64,000 nt of DNA, taken from assembly GCA_963699155.1 (NCBI GenBank), contig OY969414.1, forward strand, positions 875,757 to 939,756, in the 5' to 3' direction. Below the pieces are notes generated by a model. That model ran no database searches. It was given only the letters and a program-made list of their open reading frames with translations, and was not told where the DNA came from. This document shows, one piece after another, positions 1-10,283 of this stretch (position 1 is the stretch's first letter; each line of letters starts with the position of its first letter). Made by a program: the position numbers and the translations under genes. Source of the stretch: an uncultured Chlamydiales bacterium. GTDB lineage: Bacteria; Chlamydiota; Chlamydiia; Chlamydiales; JAAKFR01.

Positions 1-165
1 GGAAAAGCCAGTCACCAGACTGACAGCGATTCCCATCGTGAGTGCAGTGGAGAGGGTCGTTGTCACAGCGAGTGCAGAACAGATCCCCAAAATGGCCACT
101 AAAATCTGGTTATTGCGCCAGAGAGGTTCTTGAAAATAGGTTTTAAGAGGAACTTTCTTTTCCAC
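1..165 (-). CDS. nqrD: Na+-translocating NADH:quinone reductase subunit D, 5' part (runs off the window)
   Basis: Manual translation from GTG at 165: [45 protein letters not shown]; carries the [11 protein letters not shown]qrD motif; directly downstream of nqrC. Start could be 171 or 174. Confidence 0.9.
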   Translation of the reverse strand, partial: MEKKVPLKTYFQEPLWRNNQILVAILGICSALAVTTTLSTALTMGIAVSLVTGFS

Positions 166-1072
166 CTGCACCACTCCTTTTGATCAAAAATTGACGATAG
201 GGGCTGAGCGAACGACGGTAGGCCTGTGTGACACCATCGCCCGTCAGTGTGGCCCCCGACATACCGTCGACGGCACTTTTGGCTTTGGGGGAGTTGCCAT
301 AAACGTCGCGCACCTTACCCTTAACGACGATGATGCCCATCTCAGCTGTCTTTAAATCGACTCCTTGGAAAATCTCCTTCCCATAAAATTGATTCTGCCA
401 CCAAGCTTCTGTGATGTTGGCTCCAAGGCCGGGTGTTTCGCCATGTTCATACCAGGTGGTGCCGATGACCCGATCCCCAGCGGGTCCGATGGCAATAAAG
501 CCATAGATCGGTGCCCAGAGTCCGAAACCGGACACAGGGAGGATATAGACGCCCGCTTGTGAAAGATCGTTCTTCAAATCAGCAGCAGAAAGGCTTTTCG
601 CTTCGCTGCTGTTGGGGAGAATAGCGTAAAAGAGCTTCAGCTGCAGGTCTGCGTAACCTGCTTTCTTGTTTTCCGAGAGATAGTCGGCGAGGTCGAGATC
701 CTTTTCCTCTAAGGAAAAGATATTTCCTTGGCTATCGGTGAGCAAGGGGCGGATGCGCCACGCAGCGATCTGCTTGATCTGCTCCTCCGTCGCCCGCTGG
801 GCTTGGGGGTCAGCGATGAGAATCTTTTTCTCTCCGTCGAAGCGGGCGCGCGAAACCTTTCCATCCTTCTCCAAAATTTCGAAATAGCCGGCATGGTTGA
901 GAATTTTGGCAGCGATGAGCATCTGCTTGCTCTGATCAAACTCTTTCGCAGCTTCTTGAGGTTTTCCTAGGAAATAGGCGGCGAGCGAAAGGAGCAATGC
1001 ACAGACAAAGCAGAGGAGAAAGACGAAGAGAATGACCTGAAAGTCGCTGTGGCCCTTTTTAGCTTCTTGCAA
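143..1072 (-). CDS. nqrC: Na+-NQR subunit C (FMN-binding)
   Basis: Motifs [30 protein letters not shown] (FMN-Thr). Start reassigned to TTG at 1072 behind GGAGG. Confidence 0.93.
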   Translation of the reverse strand: MQEAKKGHSDFQVILFVFLLCFVCALLLSLAAYFLGKPQEAAKEFDQSKQMLIAAKILNHAGYFEILEKDGKVSRARFDGEKKILIADPQAQRATEEQIKQIAAWRIRPLLTDSQGNIFSLEEKDLDLADYLSENKKAGYADLQLKLFYAILPNSSEAKSLSAADLKNDLSQAGVYILPVSGFGLWAPIYGFIAIGPAGDRVIGTTWYEHGETPGLGANITEAWWQNQFYGKEIFQGVDLKTAEMGIIVVKGKVRDVYGNSPKAKSAVDGMSGATLTGDGVTQAYRRSLSPYRQFLIKRSGAGGKESSS

Positions 1073-2585
1073 AACGGAAGGCCCTCCTGTAGTGGCGCAC
1101 CACATAATAATCGATGAAGGGGGCAAAGACGTTTCCAAAGAGGATCGCAAGCATCACTCCTTCAGGATAGGCAGGGTTGATGACGCGGATCAGAATGGTC
1201 ACCACACCGATGAGGAGGCCATAGATCCAGCGTCCCGCCTTCATGCCCGGAGAGCTGACAGGATCGGTGGCCATATAGACCAATCCGAAGGCAAGTCCCC
1301 CCATCAGAAGGTGTCGGTAAGCTGGTAGGGAGAACTTTGCAGGATTCCACACTCCTCCGTCGGCGCCCCAATGGGAGCCCCACTGGAAGAGCCACGCTGT
1401 CAAGAAGGCGCCGATTCCAAAGGCCACCATCGTGCGCCATGAGCCGACTCCTGTCCAGATCAGAAAGAGGGCGCCGAGTAGACAGGCAAAGGTAGAGGTC
1501 TCTCCCATACTGCCGAGAATGTTGCCCCAGAAGAGATTGCCATCGCTGAAATGGCCGATCCCATAAAAGGTTTCAGCGGCATTGTGAGCGGCCACATAGT
1601 TGCCGGGTAATAAGCCAAGCCCTCCCTGTTCGAAGGGAGCTGTCACAAAGGCGCGCAGCTGTTCTGCACTCAAGGCGGAGAAATCGACTTGGGTGTGAGT
1701 GGCTTCGCGCCACTGGTCAAAATGGCTCTGAATAAGAGAAGAATTGGCAGCTTGAGCCCCTTGCGCATGACTCACAATGGCCTCGACATGGATTCGTTTG
1801 ATCTCGGTGACCGCTGTATTGAGCCCTTGCAAGGGAGTTGCCTGAGTGATCCCATCGATCTCGCTCAAACCTGCTTGGCTGTTGATCTTCTGCAAGCTGG
1901 TGGCCACACCTGATGGGTTGGTGCCTGCCCAGATATCTCCCGTCATCTTCCCTGGAAAGGTAAAGAAGAGAAAAGCTCTGGCGGTGAGAGCTGGATTTAG
2001 GATATTCATCCCCGTTCCACCAAAAAGTTCTTTTCCAACGATAACACCGAAGATCACCCCAACGGCGACCATCCAGTAGGGAATGGTCGGAGGAAGTATA
2101 AGAGGATAGAGGATCCCTGTGACGAGAAATCCCTCTGCGATCTCATGGCCACGAAGTGAGGCGATGATCCCTTCGCAGATGCCCCCCACCGCATAGCTGA
2201 TCAGAACGACCGGTAGAAAGGCAAGGGCTCCCAGTTTGAGGATCGTCCAGTATCTCCCCTCGGAAAAGGCAAAGTCAAAGTAACCTTTGAAAGAGGTGGA
2301 AGCTTCTAAATATTCTTTCATCAAGGGGTAGCTGCCGCTGCTATAGACCATCTTCTGCAGGCCACTATTCCAAATCGCCATGAGAATCACAGGGAGTAAG
2401 GCAATGACTACCAGCACCATCCAACGCTTGATGTCGACAGCATCCCTGACAAAGGGAGCCCGTTTGGTATTGAGGGGAACCTCGTAGCAGAAGGCATCTA
2501 CGGCCGAAACTAAGGGGCGCCAGCGGTACAGCGGCTTCCCTTTTTCAAAAAAGGAGAGTTGGAAATCGAGAAATTTGCGCAACAT
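1059..2585 (-). CDS. nqrB: Na+-NQR subunit B
   Basis: RDAVDIKRWM, KELFGGTGMNILNPAL, DGITQATPL, GSMGETS, MATDPVS motifs. Confidence 0.96.
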   Translation of the reverse strand: MLRKFLDFQLSFFEKGKPLYRWRPLVSAVDAFCYEVPLNTKRAPFVRDAVDIKRWMVLVVIALLPVILMAIWNSGLQKMVYSSGSYPLMKEYLEASTSFKGYFDFAFSEGRYWTILKLGALAFLPVVLISYAVGGICEGIIASLRGHEIAEGFLVTGILYPLILPPTIPYWMVAVGVIFGVIVGKELFGGTGMNILNPALTARAFLFFTFPGKMTGDIWAGTNPSGVATSLQKINSQAGLSEIDGITQATPLQGLNTAVTEIKRIHVEAIVSHAQGAQAANSSLIQSHFDQWREATHTQVDFSALSAEQLRAFVTAPFEQGGLGLLPGNYVAAHNAAETFYGIGHFSDGNLFWGNILGSMGETSTFACLLGALFLIWTGVGSWRTMVAFGIGAFLTAWLFQWGSHWGADGGVWNPAKFSLPAYRHLLMGGLAFGLVYMATDPVSSPGMKAGRWIYGLLIGVVTILIRVINPAYPEGVMLAILFGNVFAPFIDYYVVRHYRRAFRFARS

Positions 2586-2617
2586 TTCGCGAAAGACAGT
2601 ACCAAATTTTTCCGAAA

Positions 2618-5600
2618 TTGAGAAGTAAAACTCCGTACAGTAGACTGTGTTTTGTGAAAAGTATCATTAAAAAATTTGCATTGGTTGCCTGTCTCGCTGC
2701 TCTGTTTGGTCTGCTCTTTTTCCCTAAGGAGATTCTGTTGCAGCTGCTCTCGTGGAAGGCGAGCAGCTATTGTCTAGAAGCATTTGGGGCTCAGTTCAGC
2801 TATGACAAGCTTGTGTGGGAAAAGGGAGAAATTGTCTTTCACGGAGGAAAACTCTATCATCCAGAGAAGCTCAATGTTACCTTTCAGAAAGCGAGCCTCA
2901 TCCCCTTCCTCAATTGGAAAGAGAGATCTTTTGGTGGCGCCCTCTCATTCGATCAATTAAAAATTGTCCATGTTAAACAGGAGGCGGGGCCTATTTTTTC
3001 TCCCTTGCCACCCTCTTTCAAATTGCTGACTCTTCACTTAGAAACTCAGATCGACAGAGGAGAGCTGATCCTTTTCGATTTTCTGGCGAGACCAGACCAC
3101 TTCTTCCAAACTATCACTTTTGATGTAACTCACCAAATTCATGGTCGTGAGGCGTGCGGAAATATCTCCTTCGCCTGTCAACCTGGCACGCCACCTTTGG
3201 TTGCCGATTTTCACAGCTCTAAAGAGAATCTACTCAAAGTTGCCTGTCACCTTGAAAATCATTCCCTTCCCATCCTTTCCCACATGGTCAGTTATTTTTT
3301 TCAAGGATACCTCCCTCAAACTCTTCTAGAATGGGAAATGACAAAAGGAGCGGTCGATGGTGATTTAGAGCTCACGCTAGCTTCAGGAATCCCTTTTTGG
3401 ATTAAGGGGAGGGCTGAATTGTCTGAATTGCAAGCAGAGAATAGGCCATTGGAGGCGAAAGCTACATGCCAAAGGTTCAGCTGTGTTTTAGACGCCGATT
3501 TTTCCCATGTGGAGACGATCGAGGGCTCCATTAAAGTCGAAAATGGGAAAATCTGTTTGGAGCCTAAAGAGAGCTGGTGGAGAGGTCTGTCTGATTTGGA
3601 TAATGTCCATTCTGAAATCTGCGTCAAAGAGGGAAAGTTAGAGAGCTCCATCTTGCGTGGAACTCTGATGGGGATGGATGGAGAGATCGTTCTGGATTGG
3701 AATGAGGAAGATTCGTTGATGGAAATGGGCTTTTGGGGCAGGTCTGAGACCATTGCCCACCATCTACCCGAGCAGGTGCGCGCGCCATTTAGAAAAGCCT
3801 TTCCGAATGATTACCTCGTCGTTGATGCCTCTCTCAAGCAAGCTAAAGGGAGAGGATTGGAGCTCAATGGATTATTCTCAATTGCTGATCAAAACGATGA
3901 GGTTTTTCGACTCCATTTTGGCTGTTTGATGGGTGAGAACGAGTTGGAAGATGCATTGCATGCTCCACTTCCTTCATTCAGCCAATCATTGGATTCACTC
4001 CTCGAGAAGTGGAAAGGGCAATTCTGCCTTTCTGAAAAGCGCTTTGGATGGGTCCACGGGGAAAATTTTCCACTGGAAAAATTTCTCAGCCCTTTCCTGC
4101 TTAAAGAGGTCAAACTCACAGCATCGGGACGAGCCAATTTCAAAGGGACCTTCGACGAGCGCTATTTGATCCTTTTTTACGAAGGTAGAGAGTTCAAAGT
4201 GGAAAGCCCCCATTTTGAATTGGTTATCGATCGTGTCGAGTCAAAAAGGGAAAATGAATCACTCTGTGCTGTCCATTATGTCGATCTTCAGAGTGGAGAG
4301 CATTGTGGGTTTCTTCCTGTCACAGCTGCAAAATATTGGCAAAAAAACTTTGGCTTTCACTTGGAAGAGCTCTCGAGTGTCATCCACTTTCATCAAAAGA
4401 GGATCCATTTCGACCAGATCGAGGCTCTCGGTGAAGGAGTGCACTTTGAAGGCAATGTGGCCGTGGAGGTCCACTCTCCTGAACAGGTTGAGCTTACCAT
4501 CTGTGTCGACCAGTTAAATGGATCCGCATCTGATGCCCGCCAGTTTCTAGCTCATTTCAAGCCCTCCTTTTTGTGGGAGCTCCCGATTCAGGGTGAAGTG
4601 TTCGGTTCCGAGCGCGCCCTCTACTTTCACTACCTATTCACACCGGCAGCTACCCTCCTAGAAGGCTCTTTGAAAGGGACTATCCAGGGGGAAGGAAACT
4701 CATTTTTCCTTAAAAATGGATGGAGTGCAGCCATTGATTATGACTGTCTCACTCAAGAGTTTCGCTGTTCTCTCGATGATAAAGAGAAGGGTGTGACAGA
4801 GCTAATCGCCAAAACCCTGATTCAGGAGAGCGGGAAACAGATTCTTCTTGAAGGGAGAGATTCTCCACTTTTTGGAAATCTTTCGGCTCAAATTCTCCAA
4901 GATAAAGAGGGCAAGAAGAGTGAATTGAGTTTTAATTGCGGCCCTTGGGAGGGCAAAGCAGATCTTCTTTTTGAAGGGAACGAAATTTTCTTTCGTGGGG
5001 TCAATTGTTGGGTCGATTCGGAAAAAGGCTTTTCACTGACAGGAAAGTACGACAAAGTGGGTAAAGAATTAAAGGGAGAGCTGATCCGATGCGAATGGGA
5101 TCTCTCCTCAATTTTTGCCAAAAAGGAAGGTCCCTGGAAGCCTCATGGAAAGGTGACAGGATCGGGCCCCTTCTCTTGGGACATGAAGAGAAGTCTCTGG
5201 ACAGTTGAGGGGCTCAAGATGGAAATTCCCACGGGAGAGAAAATCGAAAGGATCGAGCTGGGCCGCTGCAATTACGATGTCCAGAAGAAGAAAATCCAAT
5301 TTGAGGGTTTCGATTTCTCTCTCACTTCTGAAAAGATCGATTGGCTGACCCATCTTACTAGCTCCCTTTTCTCCATGGAAGTGGATCTCTCACTTGTGAA
5401 TCGTGTCAAAAACTCAAAAAAAGCCGAAGAGCCATTTGAGGGGCATCTTTCGTTGGAAATTTGTCCCGACAATGTCTGGATCTTTCTCCACTTAAAGGAT
5501 GGGGAATACTGGATTGCGGAGAGAGCCTTTTGTTTACGCAATTTCTGTTTGGTCTACGATCCGAGAGCTCTCAATATCTGGACTGAGCTTTATCTGCGCG

Positions 5601-6715
5601 ATCAGTTCTATTGGCTCCATTTAGCGACAGATAGTGCGGCAATTCAGCAAGGAACGCTCTCTCTTTCTCCCCATATTGTTTTTTCTGATGATGCAATGAG
5701 TTCAGAAGAGCTTCTCACCTTCTTTTGGAGCAAGGAGAGCGATCAGCGAGTCTATGTCAATGCGATCCAAGGGATTTTCTCAGGTATGGAAGTCTCTTTA
5801 ACGGAGATGACACATCAGCCCTTTGAAGCCGAGATGGCCATGCGTGGACGCATCGATTTTGATCCAGTGCAACTCAACGCTCTCTTACCACCATCTTGGA
5901 GAGAAAAATTGGATCATTACCAATTCAAAGGACACTGCTATTTGGAGGGAGATTTTACCTTAAGCCAGCTCAAAGAGTGGGGATTTAAAGGGAAATTTGC
6001 TGCACAGAAAGTTCAAGTAGCAGGAGTCGAGTTATCCGATTTATCATTCCTCTTAGAATATGCCGCGGATCGGATTCATCTATCCAATTGCAGGGTTTTA
6101 GATAGTGCCGGAAGTCTATTCGTCAATGAGCTCCAACTCCTGCAAAAAGAGAAAAAATGGCATTTGGCAATCGACCATCTTCAACTGAGTAATATGCGTC
6201 TCGCTAGGCTCAAAAGCCCGTGGACCCGTTGGGGACCCAGGGACAAGCCCTTTTTTAAATCGCTGCTGGTACGTTCATTTGTTCTAGATAATTGCAGAGG
6301 CACTTTGGATAATCTTACCTCGCTCCTAGGTAGTGGTACACTGGAGTTTACTAACATTCCTAAAAAATCGCTTTTGTCGAGCATCCTCTTTTTACCCACC
6401 GAAATAACAGCGCGCATCGGACTCGACCTCACTGCTCTCGTTCCCGCAAGAGGGATCATCGATTATCAAATTGCAGATGGAAAGATCCAACTCAATGAGC
6501 TCAAAGAGATGTACAGCGATGGCAAGTTGTCGCGATTCTATCTCGCAGAGGGCTTTCCAGCTTATATCGATTTTGATGGCAATCTGAACTTAAAGCTCAG
6601 AACGAAACAATATAATTTATTGATGAAGCTGGCAGAATTTTTTACCATTACTGTCAAAGGCAGCATCCTAAATCCCTCCTACTCCTTCAATCGCCATACC
6701 GACGCTGATGATTGA
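2618..6715 (+). CDS. Large beta-rich envelope protein with N-terminal membrane anchor, possibly AsmA/TamB-like
   Basis: 1365-aa ORF, single N-terminal hydrophobic segment, beta-strand-rich, C-terminal G-IDFDGNLNL...V-GSILNP pattern like AsmA-like C-termini. Likely start GTG at 2654. Function is inference. Confidence 0.55.
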   Translation: MRSKTPYSRLCFVKSIIKKFALVACLAALFGLLFFPKEILLQLLSWKASSYCLEAFGAQFSYDKLVWEKGEIVFHGGKLYHPEKLNVTFQKASLIPFLNWKERSFGGALSFDQLKIVHVKQEAGPIFSPLPPSFKLLTLHLETQIDRGELILFDFLARPDHFFQTITFDVTHQIHGREACGNISFACQPGTPPLVADFHSSKENLLKVACHLENHSLPILSHMVSYFFQGYLPQTLLEWEMTKGAVDGDLELTLASGIPFWIKGRAELSELQAENRPLEAKATCQRFSCVLDADFSHVETIEGSIKVENGKICLEPKESWWRGLSDLDNVHSEICVKEGKLESSILRGTLMGMDGEIVLDWNEEDSLMEMGFWGRSETIAHHLPEQVRAPFRKAFPNDYLVVDASLKQAKGRGLELNGLFSIADQNDEVFRLHFGCLMGENELEDALHAPLPSFSQSLDSLLEKWKGQFCLSEKRFGWVHGENFPLEKFLSPFLLKEVKLTASGRANFKGTFDERYLILFYEGREFKVESPHFELVIDRVESKRENESLCAVHYVDLQSGEHCGFLPVTAAKYWQKNFGFHLEELSSVIHFHQKRIHFDQIEALGEGVHFEGNVAVEVHSPEQVELTICVDQLNGSASDARQFLAHFKPSFLWELPIQGEVFGSERALYFHYLFTPAATLLEGSLKGTIQGEGNSFFLKNGWSAAIDYDCLTQEFRCSLDDKEKGVTELIAKTLIQESGKQILLEGRDSPLFGNLSAQILQDKEGKKSELSFNCGPWEGKADLLFEGNEIFFRGVNCWVDSEKGFSLTGKYDKVGKELKGELIRCEWDLSSIFAKKEGPWKPHGKVTGSGPFSWDMKRSLWTVEGLKMEIPTGEKIERIELGRCNYDVQKKKIQFEGFDFSLTSEKIDWLTHLTSSLFSMEVDLSLVNRVKNSKKAEEPFEGHLSLEICPDNVWIFLHLKDGEYWIAERAFCLRNFCLVYDPRALNIWTELYLRDQFYWLHLATDSAAIQQGTLSLSPHIVFSDDAMSSEELLTFFWSKESDQRVYVNAIQGIFSGMEVSLTEMTHQPFEAEMAMRGRIDFDPVQLNALLPPSWREKLDHYQFKGHCYLEGDFTLSQLKEWGFKGKFAAQKVQVAGVELSDLSFLLEYAADRIHLSNCRVLDSAGSLFVNELQLLQKEKKWHLAIDHLQLSNMRLARLKSPWTRWGPRDKPFFKSLLVRSFVLDNCRGTLDNLTSLLGSGTLEFTNIPKKSLLSSILFLPTEITARIGLDLTALVPARGIIDYQIADGKIQLNELKEMYSDGKLSRFYLAEGFPAYIDFDGNLNLKLRTKQYNLLMKLAEFFTITVKGSILNPSYSFNRHTDADD

Positions 6716-7391
6716 GTTTATTTACCCGCCACTCTGTCTACATTGTCAGGAACGGGTAGAGCATCGCAAACGGCTCTTCTGTAAGGGGTGCGCCGCTTTT
6801 TTTGAATTGATCGACCCCAAAAGCCGCTGTCCCTATTGTTTCGGTGAGGAAGTAGCCAGCCATGGAGGACCCTGCAGCGAATGTATCCGCAAAAGGCGCT
6901 TTACAGTGAAAATGGCTTCTGCTCTCGATTATATGGGACCAATCAGCACACTGGTGAAGCAGATGAAATATGGCCGGATGCCCTATTTGGCCAAAACGGC
7001 CTCAGCATTTATGCTGGCGCAGTATGAGCGTCTGAAATGGCCACATCCCGATCTGATTATTCCTGTGCCGCGTCGTCATTGGTTTCAAGGGATGAATCAT
7101 GCAGAGCTTCTCGCGCAGCAATTAGCCAAACGGTTAAATAGCCAATGTCAGCCATTGATTAAAAGACGGGCTGGAGATCTCTCTCAAGCCCGTTTAACGC
7201 AAGCTCAAAGAGAAGCGCTTCCCTCTTCGGGGTTTTATCTCAAAAAAGAGAGCATCCTTGATGAGAAGACAATCCTTCTTGTGGACGATGTCATCACGAC
7301 CGGAACAACCCTTCGGCGCTGTGCGGAAGCTCTTTCCGAAACCTTTCCCGCCAAAGTTTTGGCCTTCAGCCTCGCGCGGACACTTAAGTAG
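6708..7391 (+). CDS. comF: ComF family protein (double zinc ribbon + phosphoribosyltransferase domain)
   Basis: YPPLCLHC...CKGC...CPYC...CSEC; LLVDDVITTGTTL PRPP-binding loop. Confidence 0.9.
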   Translation: MIEFIYPPLCLHCQERVEHRKRLFCKGCAAFFELIDPKSRCPYCFGEEVASHGGPCSECIRKRRFTVKMASALDYMGPISTLVKQMKYGRMPYLAKTASAFMLAQYERLKWPHPDLIIPVPRRHWFQGMNHAELLAQQLAKRLNSQCQPLIKRRAGDLSQARLTQAQREALPSSGFYLKKESILDEKTILLVDDVITTGTTLRRCAEALSETFPAKVLAFSLARTLK

Positions 7392-7413
7392 GAACTTTCG
7401 CCCGCCCGCCCGC

Positions 7414-7977
7414 TCAAGTAGTCACATCCTCATGAGGAGAGACCATCACGATCCCAGCGATGGAGACCCCTTCATCAACGCAAAGCGATCTGGCACGGAT
7501 GTCGCCTTTGACAGAGGCTTGTCCACGCAGTTCCAGTTTCTCTTGGACGGTGATATTGCCCTCGATCTTCCCCTCAATGATGGCTTCTCGCAAATTGAGA
7601 TTGGCTTTGACACTACCTGTAGGGCCCACAATCACCTTTCCTTGCGATAAGAGTTCGCCCTCAAAGGAGCCATCGATGCGCAAAAAGCGCTCAAAGCTCA
7701 ATTGGCCTCTGAATGTCACTCCAGCGCCTAAAGTAGTTTCGGGAGCCTCATCGGCCATCATGCCTTCAAGATGATGTGGCAACGGAGCTGTTTTACTACT
7801 CCCCCAACTCTCTTCCCCACTTTCCATCGGTGTGGCACGTGGGAGGGGATTTTCAAAGAGTCGACCTGCCTTCTCAGCAGGGTTTTCCGTTTTTTTTGCG
7901 CTATATTTGCTAAATGGTGAAGGCTCGTCAGTGTAACCAGCTTCATCCTGTGGAGTTTTTCCTGTTCTTCTGAACAT
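7414..7977 (-). CDS. bacA: Bactofilin (polymer-forming cytoskeletal protein, CT276-like)
   Basis: TTLGAGVTFRGQLSFERFLRIDGSFEGEL...IIEGKIEGNI beta-helix; ATG at 7977 with GAGG RBS; downstream of dnaA as in chlamydiae. Confidence 0.88.
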   Translation of the reverse strand: MFRRTGKTPQDEAGYTDEPSPFSKYSAKKTENPAEKAGRLFENPLPRATPMESGEESWGSSKTAPLPHHLEGMMADEAPETTLGAGVTFRGQLSFERFLRIDGSFEGELLSQGKVIVGPTGSVKANLNLREAIIEGKIEGNITVQEKLELRGQASVKGDIRARSLCVDEGVSIAGIVMVSPHEDVTT

Positions 7978-7990
7978 ATTTTCCTCATTA

Positions 7991-9331
7991 TCAGTGGATA
8001 TTGCGTCGGCAGAGAGCGATCTGTCGTCGCAGGGATTCATCTTTCTTCATTTTATTCTCAATCGTTTTGCAGGCATGCAAGATCGTGGAATGGGTTTTGC
8101 CAAAAGAGGCTCCAATCATGATGAGCGACTCTTGAATCATCTCTTTCGCTAAAAACATCGCCACTTGGCGGGCGAGAGCGACCTCTTTCGTACGAGAAGT
8201 TCCTTTCAACTCAGAAACACGCACTTCAAAGACAGTAGATACGCTCTTGAGGATATTTTCAACAGAGACACGCTGCTTTGGCGAGGTCTGGAAGAGTTCG
8301 CTGAGAGTCTGTTCGACAAGGGCTTCTGAAATAGGTTGACCTAACAATCGACAATGGGCGGTCAGTCGATTGATTGCTCCTTCCAGTTGGCGCACGTTGC
8401 TGAAGATATGTTCAGCGATGAAAAAGGCGACTGACTGGGGGATCTCTAACCCTTTCTGTTCGGCCTTATGCTGCAAAATGGCGACCCGCGTTTCGAGGTC
8501 AGGCATGCCCACATGCGCGACGAGGCCCCATTCCATCCGTGCGACAATCCTTTCTGAGAGTTTTAACTGGCCAGGTGGCTTGTCGCTCGTAATGACGATC
8601 TGTTTATTCTGATTGATGAGACTTTCAAAGGTATTGCAGAACTCCTCTTCAAAGTTGAGACGGTTTTGGAGGAATTGGATATCGTCGACCAGCAAGAGAT
8701 CGAGAGAACGGTAGAAACGTTTCATCTTATCGACCGATTTGTTGCGTAAGTTATCGACGAGGTCATTGATAAAGGCTTCGGTCGTGATGCACTGCACGCG
8801 CAGCTTTTTATGATGCTCCCTCAAGTGATGGCCAATCGCATGCAGCAGATGCGTTTTCCCAAGACCCACACCTCCGTGAATAAAAAGCGGGTTGTAAGAC
8901 TTTCCTGGACGGTTAGCGATGCCAACAGCTGCCGATTTGACAAACTGGTTGGAGGGGCCTTCGATGAAATTGTCAAATCGATAGGAGGGATTCAATTTCA
9001 GCTCATATTCTGAGGCCTCTTCAGCGCTAGAAGGGCTTGCCACCCTCGCTGGGACTGGCTTGCGGACCGCCTGATCGGCAATCACAAACTCAATTGCAGG
9101 AACACCCTCCGCTGTCACAGGAAGAAAAGAGCAGAGATCTTTGAAATAGTTATCTAATAGATAGGACTTCACGAAAATGTTGGGCACCTCCAAGCAGATG
9201 CTTTCTGGGGAGGAGGAGAGAACTTTAATCGGAGCCAACCAGTTTTCGTAAGCGGTCAGAGAGCTTCGCTTCTTCACATAGTCTAAAAACTGTAACCAGG
9301 TATCGCGCGCATCGCATGTCAGCATTGTCAT
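7991..9331 (-). CDS. dnaA: Chromosomal replication initiator DnaA
   Basis: [18 protein letters not shown]alker [34 protein letters not shown]. Confidence 0.98.
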   Translation of the reverse strand: MTMLTCDARDTWLQFLDYVKKRSSLTAYENWLAPIKVLSSSPESICLEVPNIFVKSYLLDNYFKDLCSFLPVTAEGVPAIEFVIADQAVRKPVPARVASPSSAEEASEYELKLNPSYRFDNFIEGPSNQFVKSAAVGIANRPGKSYNPLFIHGGVGLGKTHLLHAIGHHLREHHKKLRVQCITTEAFINDLVDNLRNKSVDKMKRFYRSLDLLLVDDIQFLQNRLNFEEEFCNTFESLINQNKQIVITSDKPPGQLKLSERIVARMEWGLVAHVGMPDLETRVAILQHKAEQKGLEIPQSVAFFIAEHIFSNVRQLEGAINRLTAHCRLLGQPISEALVEQTLSELFQTSPKQRVSVENILKSVSTVFEVRVSELKGTSRTKEVALARQVAMFLAKEMIQESLIMIGASFGKTHSTILHACKTIENKMKKDESLRRQIALCRRNIH

Positions 9332-9360
9332 ATTTCTTGAGATCCTCTAGGAAAGTCGGT

Positions 9361-9414
9361 TGTGAACAATATTTTCCACAACAGCCTCTTGGTCATTCTT
9401 TTACGTTATGAACA
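9361..9414. promoter_or_regulatory. Cluster of degenerate DnaA-box-like 9-mers upstream of dnaA
   Basis: TTTTCCACA 9372-9380, TTGTTCACA (minus) 9361-9369, TTATGAACA 9406-9414, each close to TTATNCACA; autoregulation is inferred. Confidence 0.45.
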
Positions 9415-9435
9415 GGCGAGACTTTAGCATGCGTC

Positions 9436-9826
9436 CCCAATCGTCGCAAGAATTTTTGCTACACATCAAGTCTTGAGAAGCTTAACTTATTTACATTCAA
9501 CGCAAAGACACAAAGACACAAAAGGGATAAGGGGGCGCTTCGCGTACCCACTTTGTTTCTTTACCCCTCGCTGACTTCGTCAGTCTCGGACAACCCATCA
9601 AAAAAGTGCCACTGGCGCTTTATTTGAGGTACCTTGTCGTCTTTGCGCCTTGCTTTCCCAATCGTCGCAAGAATTTTTGCTACACATCAAGTCTTAAGAA
9701 GCTTAACTTATTTAAATTCAACGCAAAGACGCAAAGTCGCAAAGACACAAAGAGGGATAAGGGGGCGCTTCGCGTACCCACTTTGTTTCTTTGCGACTCT
9801 GCGTCTTTGCGTCTTTGCGTTGAATT
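9436..9826. repeat. Composite repeat: ~130-bp direct repeat (9436-9562 / 9657-9792) containing a palindromic (CGCAAAGA)n element and a nested ~70-bp hairpin module
   Basis: Terminal IRs AATTCAACGCAAAGACGCAAAG...CTTTGCGTCTTTGCGTTGAATT at 9715-9826; module TACCCCTCGCTGAC...TTTGAGGTA at 9562-9631 recurs at 36965-37034. Confidence 0.9.
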
Positions 9827-9884
9827 GGTTTTTGATGGCGCAGCAGCCAAATTGGTGTTGTCCATGAGGGCGGAGGGGGTGCGT

Positions 9885-10280
9885 CTAACGATAAGCGAAG
9901 ATGAGGGCGGAGGCGTCGCCGGCGATGGAGGGGTCGGGGCTGCGTTCGAGCTTGTGGGCGAGGTCGAGGGCGGCGGCGCGTTGGTGGGTGAGGAGGAGGG
10001 CTTTGGCTTTGTTGAGGAGGGAGGGTTCGTGAGTGGGTTCGAGGTCGAGCGCTTTGTTAAGAGCAAGAAGGGCTTTGTCGCCATCTCCGATCTGTAGATA
10101 GAGCCCACCGAGGGTTTGGGCGTCGTAAGGGTTGCGAGGGTCGAGGATGACGAGCGCTTCAAAGAAGATCAGCGCTTTGTTGTAGTGCCCCTCTCGTAGG
10201 AAGGAGAAGCCAGAAAAGCGGAGTTCTTCGAGCTGTTCGTTGGTCCAGCCTAAAATTTCTCTCCAGTTCACTTGCGACAT
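9885..10280 (-). CDS. TPR protein, CT274-like putative type III secretion chaperone
   Basis: TPR motifs (GHYNKALIFFEAL, LGGLYLQIGDGDKAL); syntenic position between rsmH and dnaA. Confidence 0.8.
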   Translation of the reverse strand: MSQVNWREILGWTNEQLEELRFSGFSFLREGHYNKALIFFEALVILDPRNPYDAQTLGGLYLQIGDGDKALLALNKALDLEPTHEPSLLNKAKALLLTHQRAAALDLAHKLERSPDPSIAGDASALIFAYR

Positions 10281-10283
10281 GTT

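Noticed and set aside
9340..9830. oriC upstream of dnaA
   Set aside because: Only a few degenerate boxes and no clear unwinding element; most of the gap is repeat element. Genome-wide skew cannot be assessed here.
9606..10162. ORFs 9606-10097 (+), 9634-9867 (+) and 9680-10162 (-)
   Set aside because: Shadow frames produced by the octamer repeat and the skewed 3' end of the TPR gene; low-complexity translations.
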